Below, one piece after another: positions 9,024 through 16,572 of a stretch of 64,000 bases of DNA. The notes beneath the pieces were generated by a model. The model saw nothing but the letters and a program-made list of their open reading frames with translations. It was not told the DNA's origin and did not search any database. Numbering within the stretch: position 1 is the stretch's first letter; each line of letters begins with the position of its first letter. Made by a program: the position numbers and the translations under genes. This DNA is from Leptolinea sp. UBA4782 (GTDB lineage Bacteria; Chloroflexota; Anaerolineae; Anaerolineales; Anaerolineaceae): assembly GCA_002403095.1 (NCBI GenBank), contig DHHC01000021.1:1732-65731 (forward strand). Reading direction: 5' to 3'.

Positions 9024-9662
9024 TTACGATGCTGCCAGGCTCTTGGCCAGGGCAACTGCCCGGCTGGCATCCGGCGCAAACCCGTCAGCGCCGATTTCGT
9101 GGGCATACTGGCTGGTCACCGGCGCTCCACCGATCAGAACCTTCACTTTGCTGCGCAGCCCGGCTTCTTCCAGGGCTTCGATTGTAGTCTTCATGTTCGG
9201 CATGGTGGTGGTTAAAAGGGCAGACATAGCCACAAAATCAGCTTCATTCTCGCGCACGGCATCCACGAACTTTTGGGGAGGCACATCCGAGCCGAGGTCA
9301 ACAATCTCAAATGCGGCGCCTTCGAGCATCATGCTCACCAGGTTCTTACCAATATCATGCAGGTCGCCTTTTACCGTTCCTATAATGATCTTGCCGGCAG
9401 ATTTGTAGCTTTCCTTTACCAGGCGTGGCTTGAGGATGCTCAACCCGGCTTGCATTGCCTTGGCGGAGATCAGCATTTCGGGCACGAAATACTCGCCCTC
9501 TTCAAATAGCTTACCCACCTCGGTCATGGCAACAATCATACCTTCGTTCAGAATCAAAGCAGGATCCACACCTGCGTCCAGGGCTGTTTGCACTGCTGCA
9601 GCTGACTTATCGGCTGCCCCATCAATGATGGCGTTATAAATGGCTTTTAAGCTGTCTTCCAT
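9024..9662 (-). CDS. Cobalamin-binding corrinoid protein (MtmC/MtbC/MttC-like)
   Basis: 212 aa. B12-binding motifs GDLHDIGKN (DxHxxG), SALLTTT (SxL) and LIGGAP (GG). AAGGAG lies 8 nt before the ATG. Confidence 0.9.
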   Translation of the reverse strand: MEDSLKAIYNAIIDGAADKSAAAVQTALDAGVDPALILNEGMIVAMTEVGKLFEEGEYFVPEMLISAKAMQAGLSILKPRLVKESYKSAGKIIIGTVKGDLHDIGKNLVSMMLEGAAFEIVDLGSDVPPQKFVDAVRENEADFVAMSALLTTTMPNMKTTIEALEEAGLRSKVKVLIGGAPVTSQYAHEIGADGFAPDASRAVALAKSLAAS

Positions 9663-9801
9663 AAGGTCCGCTCCTTTTCCACAATTATACTAGCAACCCC
9701 GGCCTGGCCGGGTGCTGCCGTGTTTTCCATATTTATGCACTTCATGCCAATCAGCGCGGCCTTATTTACCCGCTGATTCGAAAAAAACAGAAAACTTCCT
9801 G

Positions 9802-11175
9802 CTACACTTCCAGGCCCAGGCTGCGCACTTCCTGCTTGACTTCATCGTACATGCGCTGCCACCCAGCAACCGGTTCAAGCGTTTCCAGGTTGTATGCCTG
9901 GTCAAAGCGCACACCCGGGTTGCCTTCCGGCAGGGAGAAAATGGGCTCATAGCGCTGCAGGAGCCGTGAAACCAGCTCGTTCACCTGGGCAGCATTCAAA
10001 CCCTGGCGGGTGACTGCATGCCCCACCTCGCCCATCCAGCGCACTTCCAGTCCGGTACCGTTGGGCAGGGCGCCGTCCGCCGCACCAACCCCTTCCAGGT
10101 GGGCGCCACTGTAAGAGATCACGGCGGCATTGGCTGCCACTTCATATAACAGCTCGCAGGTCAGTGCGCCCGATTTGGGGAAGATGTCTGCCACGATGAT
10201 GGCAGGCGAATTACGCGCAAAAGCCCGTGCCACCACGCCTTCAACCCACATCACCCCCCGGGTGGATGTGGCTACATGCCGGATGTGGATGGGATGCAGC
10301 AGGTGATAGTCTGCCTGGCATACCAGGTTTGCCAGCATGAAAGAAGCCGCCTGTACCACCGCTGCCCCAGGTGCATTCCCGGCCAGTCCGCCGACCATCA
10401 CGCATGCCAGCGAGGCGTTGCGCGCCCCGTAGGTCTTGCCGTTGGCAGCCCGCACCAGGCTGCCGCGGTCGATCATCAATTCGTTCAGCATCGGAACCAG
10501 GTGCGCATCCGTTGGGCGCAGGAAAGCCGGGTTCATCACGCACAGGTCGCCCAGCTCTGAGACACTGCTCTGGGCGGCCAGCAATCCCATGCCCGAGCGC
10601 CCTAGCTTGCGCAGCCCATCACGCAGCAGCGTCAGCTCGTTGCGAGTGGCATACACTTCTTCCGGCTCGCCGGAAACCACGGGATGACCCTTGTAAGTAA
10701 CCAGCGAACCGCAGGTTGCCAGGTCTACAATGGGTTCTTTCATCCAGCTCATCACCATCGGCTGGAAGATTTCTTCAGGCGTCGGGACTCCCGGGTTGCC
10801 AGCCCACACAGCGGGAGGGTTGGTATCCCTTTCTTTTCTCGCACGCAGCACCCGTGCATCACTGCCTTCGCCGAAAACCAGTTCACGCGGGGCGTTCTGC
10901 AAGCCTTCCTCGATCTCAGCACGGCTGAAGCGGATCACCTTACTGGTGGAAACATTATAAACACCCAGCGTTTCTGCCAGTTCAAGCGCCGCCTGAAATA
11001 CCCGGTCTACCAGGGCATCATCCAGCGGGATAATCTCCTGCGAATCCCACTTGATGTCATATTTCGAAACCAGGCTGCGGGTGGTCATAACCACCCCTTC
11101 AAAATCCCAGTCTTCTTTCTTGACCGTTTTTCCCGTACGTGACATTTCAAGTATATCGAGGAACTCTGTGGTCAT
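9802..11175 (-). CDS. MtmB-family (monomethylamine methyltransferase-like) protein without pyrrolysine codon
   Basis: Uninterrupted 457 aa. Collinear similarity over the whole length to Methanosarcina MtmB as I recall it (DWD, FGEGSDA..R.RK, GRSGMG, PIHIRH..TSTRG, GLEVRWMGEVG, C-terminal LGLEV). AGGAG lies 8 nt before the ATG. Confidence 0.8.
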   Translation of the reverse strand: MTTEFLDILEMSRTGKTVKKEDWDFEGVVMTTRSLVSKYDIKWDSQEIIPLDDALVDRVFQAALELAETLGVYNVSTSKVIRFSRAEIEEGLQNAPRELVFGEGSDARVLRARKERDTNPPAVWAGNPGVPTPEEIFQPMVMSWMKEPIVDLATCGSLVTYKGHPVVSGEPEEVYATRNELTLLRDGLRKLGRSGMGLLAAQSSVSELGDLCVMNPAFLRPTDAHLVPMLNELMIDRGSLVRAANGKTYGARNASLACVMVGGLAGNAPGAAVVQAASFMLANLVCQADYHLLHPIHIRHVATSTRGVMWVEGVVARAFARNSPAIIVADIFPKSGALTCELLYEVAANAAVISYSGAHLEGVGAADGALPNGTGLEVRWMGEVGHAVTRQGLNAAQVNELVSRLLQRYEPIFSLPEGNPGVRFDQAYNLETLEPVAGWQRMYDEVKQEVRSLGLEV

Positions 11176-11352
11176 AGTATCTCCTGAAAGTAATGTGGAT
11201 TTAAGTTTACCCTAAACCGCGTAACAATTCTGATTGAAAGGAGTATTATATCTATACTTAATTAGTTTTCATGTATACTAACAATAAGCAGTACCTTACA
11301 GACCCGAAAAGATACTCTGTTCAGAAATTAAAACCCAAAGGAGGTGGTGAAA

Positions 11353-11427
11353 GTGGCTTTATACATTCTGGTGAACGTGGTTATCCTGGTAGTGCTGGGC
11401 CTGATCGCCCGTTTCTTCAGTAAATGA
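11353..11427 (+). CDS. Candidate 24-aa single-pass membrane peptide (M)ALYILVNVVILVVLGLIARFFSK
   Basis: Own reading, below the track cutoff. GTG start preceded by AAAGGAGGTGGTGA, a strong SD. A hydrophobic core is followed by a basic tail. It ends 48 nt before the ECF S-component gene. Confidence 0.35.
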   Translation: MALYILVNVVILVVLGLIARFFSK

Positions 11428-11475
11428 AACCTGTAATACTTTCGTATCAAATCAATCTAGAGGAGGAGTAATTCA

Positions 11476-12042
11476 ATGGAAAAACGTGGTGGTTGGGATT
11501 TTAAATATAAAACTCGCGATATTGTCATAATCGCGGTTATTGCAGCAATTGCAGGTGTGGTCAATACCGGTATTGGCAACCTGTGGTACCTGGCAAATAC
11601 ATCGCTTGGCCCAATGGGTGGTGCATTGCTGCAAGGCGCATTCATGTGGGCTTATGTCCTGGTCATGTGGCTGGTCCGCCGTCCCGGTGCTGCCATTTTA
11701 CTTGGCATTATTGAAACAACCGTAGAGGTTTTAATGGGCAATGCCTCTGGTATCGGCACCCTGGGTTGGGGCCTTTTCCAGGGCCTGGGCGTTGAGGTAA
11801 TTATGGCCATCAGCGGTTACAAAAAATTCGGCCTGCTGGCTGCCATGATGGCTGCTGCGGGCGCTTCACAATTCGGTACCGTCTGGACCGCCATTCTCTT
11901 CGGCTGGGATCCAGCTTACGCCAAAGATGTCTGGCTGGCAATCCCGATCAACTTGATCTCGGGTCTTGTGATTAGTGGTTTGCTGGGGTATTATTTAGCC
12001 AAGGCGCTGGCAAAAACAGGTTTGATCCGCTCGGCTCAATAA
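11476..12042 (+). CDS. ECF transporter substrate-capture (S) component, YkoE family
   Basis: 188 aa and polytopic. RRPGAAILLGIIETTVEVLMGNASG, FQGLGVEV and LISGLVISGLLGYYLAKALAKTGLI match B. subtilis YkoE blocks as I recall them. GGAGGAG RBS. Confidence 0.8.
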   Translation: MEKRGGWDFKYKTRDIVIIAVIAAIAGVVNTGIGNLWYLANTSLGPMGGALLQGAFMWAYVLVMWLVRRPGAAILLGIIETTVEVLMGNASGIGTLGWGLFQGLGVEVIMAISGYKKFGLLAAMMAAAGASQFGTVWTAILFGWDPAYAKDVWLAIPINLISGLVISGLLGYYLAKALAKTGLIRSAQ

Positions 12043-12118
12043 CCTGAATTTAATTTTCCAGATCGGCGGGAAAGGGATGTGTCACCGTTCACCCTTTCCC
12101 GCTTTTCGGGACTAAACC

Positions 12119-13876
12119 ATGACTGAAACCAATATTATCGCCGAACTACGCAACGTTTCTTACACTCACTGGAACCACCAGGAACCCACGTTAAAGAATG
12201 TTACATTGCAGCTGCAAAGGGGAACACTTTCGGTCCTGGTTGGACCGGGAGGCAGCGGCAAGTCAACCCTGTGCGACCTGTTAAATGGCCGCATTCCCAA
12301 GCTGTTGGGCGGCCAGTTGACCGGCGAGGTGATTATCGACGGGCTGGATACCGCAAAGGTGGAAGTGAAAGAGCTCACCAAGCGGGTGGGGTCGGTCTCG
12401 CAGGATCCCGAAACCATGTTTGCCACCCTGTACGTCGAAGATGAGATCGCCTTTGGACCGGAAAACCTGCTGGTAGATGCGGATGAAATTCGCCTTACTG
12501 TGGAAGAACTGCTGGATGTGACCCAACTGCGCCCCCAACGGCGCAACCTGGTATGGCACCTTTCCGGCGGTCAGGTGCAAAAGCTGGGGCTGGCTACCGC
12601 CCTGGCTATGAAACCCTCCCTCATCATCCTGGATGAGCCCACCGCCAACCTGGACCCCATCGCCACCCTCAGCGTGTATGATATGGTCCTTAAATTACGC
12701 GAACAGGGTATGACCATCCTGCTGGTCATTCGGGAACTGGATGAATTCCTATCCTGTGCTGACCAGGTGCTCCTTTTGCAGGAAGGAACCCTCCTCACCT
12801 CCGGAACACCCCAGGAGGTGCTCAAATCTCACGGGGAAGCTATGTTCACCTCCCTGGGGGTTTGGCTGCCGGAGACGACCGAGATCGGCCTGACCCTCCG
12901 GAACCGGCACAATATCCAGATGCGGGACATTCCTATCACTGTACCGGAGACCATTGCCTTGCTGCAGGACAATCACCTGCTGGATCAGCCCCTGGTGCTC
13001 CCCGTCCGGGAAGCACAGCCTGCCACAGTACAGCCGGAACTGCTGGTTGAAGCCAAAAACCTCAGCTTCCGCTATGCGGAAGGCACGCATGCCCTAAAAG
13101 ATGTTTCTTTCAACATCCATGCTGGCGAGTTGCTGGCAATCGTCGGGCGCAACGGGGCAGGCAAGAGCACCCTGGCCAAGCTGCTGGTTGGCCTGCTTAA
13201 ACCGCAAGCCGGCAGCCTGACCTTGTTTGACAAACCGGCGGCACAGTGGAAGGTGGAAGACCTTGCCAACCACATTGCCCTGGTCTTCCAGAATCCCGAG
13301 CACCAGTTCCTTACTGACAAAGTGTGGGACGAGATCGACTACAGCCTGCTGGCGCGCAACGTAACCGACCTGGAAGTGCGCAAAGAGACCATCCAGGAAT
13401 CGCTAACCCGCCTGGGACTGGAAGCTGTGGTGGATAAGCACCCGTTCTCCTTGAGCGCCGGAATGAAACGCCGCCTGGGCGTTGCCACCATGCTGGTTTG
13501 CCGCCCGCGCATCCTGCTGGTGGATGAACCCACTTATGGGCAGGATAAACAGATGACGCAAACCCTGATGCACTTCATGGAAGAGATCCGGGCAGAAGGG
13601 ATAGCTGTAGTGATGATCACCCATGACATGCGCCTGGTGCAGGAGTATGCCCAGCGCGTGATCGTAATGAGCGAAGGGCAATTGCTGTTCGACGGCCAGC
13701 CCCAAGGCCTGTTCAACCAGGATGAGATCCTGCAGGCAGCCAACCTGCGCAAGACAGTTCTGCATGACCTGGTGAGTGAACTGACCGCCCGGGGCGTGCT
13801 TATCAGCGGCGAGGTGCGCACCACTTCTGACCTGCTGACAGCGCTCACCACCCGCGAGGAGGTGCAGAATGGCTGA
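12119..13876 (+). CDS. Fused double ATPase of an ECF transporter (YkoD/EcfA-EcfA')
   Basis: 585 aa with two ABC cassettes: Walker A GPGGSGKST and GRNGAGKST, signatures LSGGQ and LSAGM, Walker B ILDEP and LLVDEP. Confidence 0.9.
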   Translation: MTETNIIAELRNVSYTHWNHQEPTLKNVTLQLQRGTLSVLVGPGGSGKSTLCDLLNGRIPKLLGGQLTGEVIIDGLDTAKVEVKELTKRVGSVSQDPETMFATLYVEDEIAFGPENLLVDADEIRLTVEELLDVTQLRPQRRNLVWHLSGGQVQKLGLATALAMKPSLIILDEPTANLDPIATLSVYDMVLKLREQGMTILLVIRELDEFLSCADQVLLLQEGTLLTSGTPQEVLKSHGEAMFTSLGVWLPETTEIGLTLRNRHNIQMRDIPITVPETIALLQDNHLLDQPLVLPVREAQPATVQPELLVEAKNLSFRYAEGTHALKDVSFNIHAGELLAIVGRNGAGKSTLAKLLVGLLKPQAGSLTLFDKPAAQWKVEDLANHIALVFQNPEHQFLTDKVWDEIDYSLLARNVTDLEVRKETIQESLTRLGLEAVVDKHPFSLSAGMKRRLGVATMLVCRPRILLVDEPTYGQDKQMTQTLMHFMEEIRAEGIAVVMITHDMRLVQEYAQRVIVMSEGQLLFDGQPQGLFNQDEILQAANLRKTVLHDLVSELTARGVLISGEVRTTSDLLTALTTREEVQNG

Positions 13877-14654
13877 AGGTCAGCATAGTTTACGGTACAT
13901 TGAGCGCGATGCCGTCATGCACCGCATTTACCCGCTGGTGAAACTGGCCTGGGTTTTCATGGTTGCAGCCGGACTGTTCCTGTACAAAACCCCCTTATCC
14001 GGCGCCATCAATTTTGTGATCCTGCTGCTGCTGACTGTCTTCCTGGGGAAAATACCCCTGCGCGAGATCCTAAGCAGCTCCAAATTCATCCTGGGGCTCG
14101 GGTTGATCCTGATGTTTTTCCATTTAATCGCTGACCCCGGAAATGTTGTTTACCAGCTTGGACCTTTGAAAGTGACGGATACCGGCTTGATCCAGGGTCC
14201 AATCTTTTTCTTCCGCCTATCAGTGGTCGTGCTGGCAAGTTTTGTGCTGATCTGGACAACCGACACGCGCGACCTGATGGTTTCCCTTGCCAAGGCGGGC
14301 ATACCCTACCGGTTCGCCTTTGCCGTATTCCTGGCGCTGCGCTTCCTGCCGCTTGTTCAGCAGGAGGTAGATGCCGTCCGCTCAGCCCACGCCATCCGCG
14401 GCAGGGCTTCGAAATCTTCGCTCGGTCACCGCATCAAGCTCTGGCAGCGCTATATGTTCACCGTCCTGGTGAATGGCCTTCGCAAGGCCGAAGCAGCAGC
14501 CGCTGCGCTGGAATGCCGCGCCTTTGGCAGCAGCCCGACACGGACGTATGTGAAGGATGTCCATTTTCACGCCGTTGACCTGGTCCTATTGATCGTAACT
14601 GCTGCAATTATCACCGTCCTGGTCCTGAGGGAAAGGACCGGTTTCCTGTTCTAG
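13869..14654 (+). CDS. ECF transporter transmembrane (T) component (EcfT/CbiQ/YkoC family)
   Basis: 261 aa and polytopic. AIRGRA-type coupling helix motif (AHAIRGRAS). 8-nt overlap with the ATPase gene. Confidence 0.85.
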   Translation: MAEGQHSLRYIERDAVMHRIYPLVKLAWVFMVAAGLFLYKTPLSGAINFVILLLLTVFLGKIPLREILSSSKFILGLGLILMFFHLIADPGNVVYQLGPLKVTDTGLIQGPIFFFRLSVVVLASFVLIWTTDTRDLMVSLAKAGIPYRFAFAVFLALRFLPLVQQEVDAVRSAHAIRGRASKSSLGHRIKLWQRYMFTVLVNGLRKAEAAAAALECRAFGSSPTRTYVKDVHFHAVDLVLLIVTAAIITVLVLRERTGFLF

Positions 14655-14673
14655 GGGGCAGCGCTAATCCAAC

Positions 14674-15576
14674 ATGCGGGTCTTTTTCGCTGATCATATA
14701 ACGGTGCCTTTACCGGACAACCACCGCTTCCCTATGGCAAAGTATGCCATGCTGCATCATGCCCTTGTTGCCGAAGGTATATTACAGCCAGAGGAACTGG
14801 TTCCGCCTGAGCCAGCCACCCGGGCGCAGGTGACCGTGGCTCACACCCCGGAGTATTTCGATGCCTTTGTGGATGGCAGCCTGGCGCCCGAGGTCATCCG
14901 CGAAATCGGCATCCCCTGGAGCCCTGAATTTGTTCAGCGTACCCTGGCAAGCATGGGCGGATCTATCGCAGCCGCCAGGCAGGCCTTGAAAGACGGATTC
15001 TCCGGCAACCTGGCCGGGGGTACGCATCACGCTCTGGCAGACCGCGGAGGGGGATTTTGCGTTTTCAACGACATTGCCATTGTCAGCAAGCTGCTGCTGC
15101 AGGAAGGCGCTGCAGAGCGGATTGCTGTGGTTGACCTGGATGTCCACCAGGGGAATGGCACCGCCGCTATCCTGGCAGGCGAACCGCGCACGTTCCTGTT
15201 CAGTATGCACGGACAGAAGAATTTCCCATTCCGCAAAGTACCCTCCACCCTCGATATCGGCCTGCCGGACAATGCCTCGAATACAGTATTCCTTACTTCA
15301 CAACAGACAGGGTTGGATGAAGTACGCGCTTTCTCCCCGGACCTGGTCATTTACCAGGCTGGTGTCGATCCGCTGGAAACCGACCGCCTGGGACGCCTGA
15401 ACCTGACCATGGACGGCCTGGCAGAGCGCGACAGGATGGTACTGCAGTTGTGCCGGGATACCCGCATCCCTGTCGTCATGCTGATGGGCGGCGGTTACGC
15501 CAAACCGATCGAGGATACTGTCCTGGCGCATGTCCAATCCTACAGGATAGCCCGCCAGGTGTTTTCCAGCCTGTAA
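14674..15576 (+). CDS. Histone deacetylase-family amidohydrolase (class II HDAC / AcuC-like)
   Basis: 300 aa. GGTHHA, GFCVFND and VDLDVHQGNGT motifs. Confidence 0.85.
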   Translation: MRVFFADHITVPLPDNHRFPMAKYAMLHHALVAEGILQPEELVPPEPATRAQVTVAHTPEYFDAFVDGSLAPEVIREIGIPWSPEFVQRTLASMGGSIAAARQALKDGFSGNLAGGTHHALADRGGGFCVFNDIAIVSKLLLQEGAAERIAVVDLDVHQGNGTAAILAGEPRTFLFSMHGQKNFPFRKVPSTLDIGLPDNASNTVFLTSQQTGLDEVRAFSPDLVIYQAGVDPLETDRLGRLNLTMDGLAERDRMVLQLCRDTRIPVVMLMGGGYAKPIEDTVLAHVQSYRIARQVFSSL

Positions 15577-15649
15577 GCTCAGCTACACTACATTCCTTGC
15601 CGGTTACGGTATAATCCCGGCAGGGGAAAATCATCCCGAGGGAATATCT

Positions 15650-16354
15650 ATGCAGCTTTATTTTGTACGGCACGGCCAATCAGAAAACAACCTGTTATGG
15701 GAAATACACGGGTATGAACTGGGACGCAGCGATGACCCGGATCTGACCGAACGCGGCCAATTACAGGCACAGGCAGTCGCTGGCCTGATTGCATCCGGTC
15801 ACCCGCAATATCCATGCCTGGGAAATCCAGGCGGATTCGGCATTACGCATGTGTACAGCAGCCTGATGGTGCGGGCTGCTGCCACCGGGCACGCCATCGC
15901 AGACCGTCTTGACCTGCCACTGACCGCCTGGCCAGAGGTGCATGAGACTGGCGGGATTTACCATGACATTGAAGACCAGCAGGTCGGGCAGCCCGGCAAA
16001 ACCCGCTCTTATTTACAGGAACGCTTCCCGCGATTGGTCTTGCCCAATTGGGTGGATGAAAACGGCTGGTGGAACCGCCCCTTCGAAGAGCGGCCGGAGC
16101 GCATCCTGCGCGCCAGGAAGGTTGTGGAACAGCTATACGAAAGACACGGGGGTACAGACGATAAAGTTGTGATGGTCAGCCATGGCGGTTTCTACAATTA
16201 CCTGCTGGCTGCTCTGATGGACCTGCCAGCCCGCAACCCGGTCTGGTACCTGCTGAACAACACAGCAATCAGCCGGATCGATTTCAACAGAGATGAGGTA
16301 CTGGTGGTTTACCAGAACCGCATCGACCACCTCGGACCGGATCTGCTAGAGTAA
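15650..16354 (+). CDS. Histidine phosphatase family protein (phosphoglycerate mutase-like)
   Basis: The YFVRHGQSENN catalytic RHG motif is at the N-terminus. GAGGGA RBS. Confidence 0.8.
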   Translation: MQLYFVRHGQSENNLLWEIHGYELGRSDDPDLTERGQLQAQAVAGLIASGHPQYPCLGNPGGFGITHVYSSLMVRAAATGHAIADRLDLPLTAWPEVHETGGIYHDIEDQQVGQPGKTRSYLQERFPRLVLPNWVDENGWWNRPFEERPERILRARKVVEQLYERHGGTDDKVVMVSHGGFYNYLLAALMDLPARNPVWYLLNNTAISRIDFNRDEVLVVYQNRIDHLGPDLLE

Positions 16355-16398
16355 GAACGAAGATAAGCCAGGGCAAAACCCCTCTGGCGTGCATTAAT

Positions 16399-16534
16399 TG
16401 TCATTCTGAACGAAGTGAAGAATCTCGCCCTGAAAGTCCAAAACAAGAACCTTCGGCCGCAATCGCCCTCAGGAAGACGACGTAGACTGATCTGTCATCC
16501 TGACAAATCGAAGAGAATTGCTCTTAAAAGCATA
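16399..16534. repeat. Interspersed hairpin-forming repeat: one full unit (16399..16480) plus a partial unit (16493..16534)
   Basis: TGTCATTCTGAACGAAGTGAAGAATCTCGCC...GAACCTTCGGCCGCAA...CCTCAGGAAGACGA. The termini are inverted (TGTCAT.CTGA / CCTCAGGA.GACA). The same family occurs at 25707..25970. Confidence 0.75.
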
Positions 16535-16540
16535 AGAAAA

Positions 16541-16566
16541 ACCCGGCTCCTTGTGATCCGGGTTTT
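16541..16566. terminator. Hairpin between convergent genes (candidate bidirectional terminator)
   Basis: ACCCGG-N-CCGGGT stem flanked by an A-run on the left and TTTTGG on the right. It lies between 15650..16354 (+) and 16573..17346 (-). Confidence 0.5.
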
Positions 16567-16572
16567 GGTTCC

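Noticed and set aside
4503-11175. Pyrrolysine system (in-frame UAG in the methyltransferase, pylTSBCD genes)
   Set aside because: The MtmB-like ORF has no internal stop, and no pyl genes or amber-suppressor tRNA are in the window. The gene is a genuine non-Pyl homologue, not a read-through gene.
11176-11475. TPP (THI-box) or cobalamin riboswitch upstream of the ECF transporter / corrinoid operon
   Set aside because: I searched by eye for the conserved CTGAGA...ACCTGATCTGGATAATGCCAGCG core and for a B12-box and found neither. A covariance-model scan would be needed to exclude them fully.
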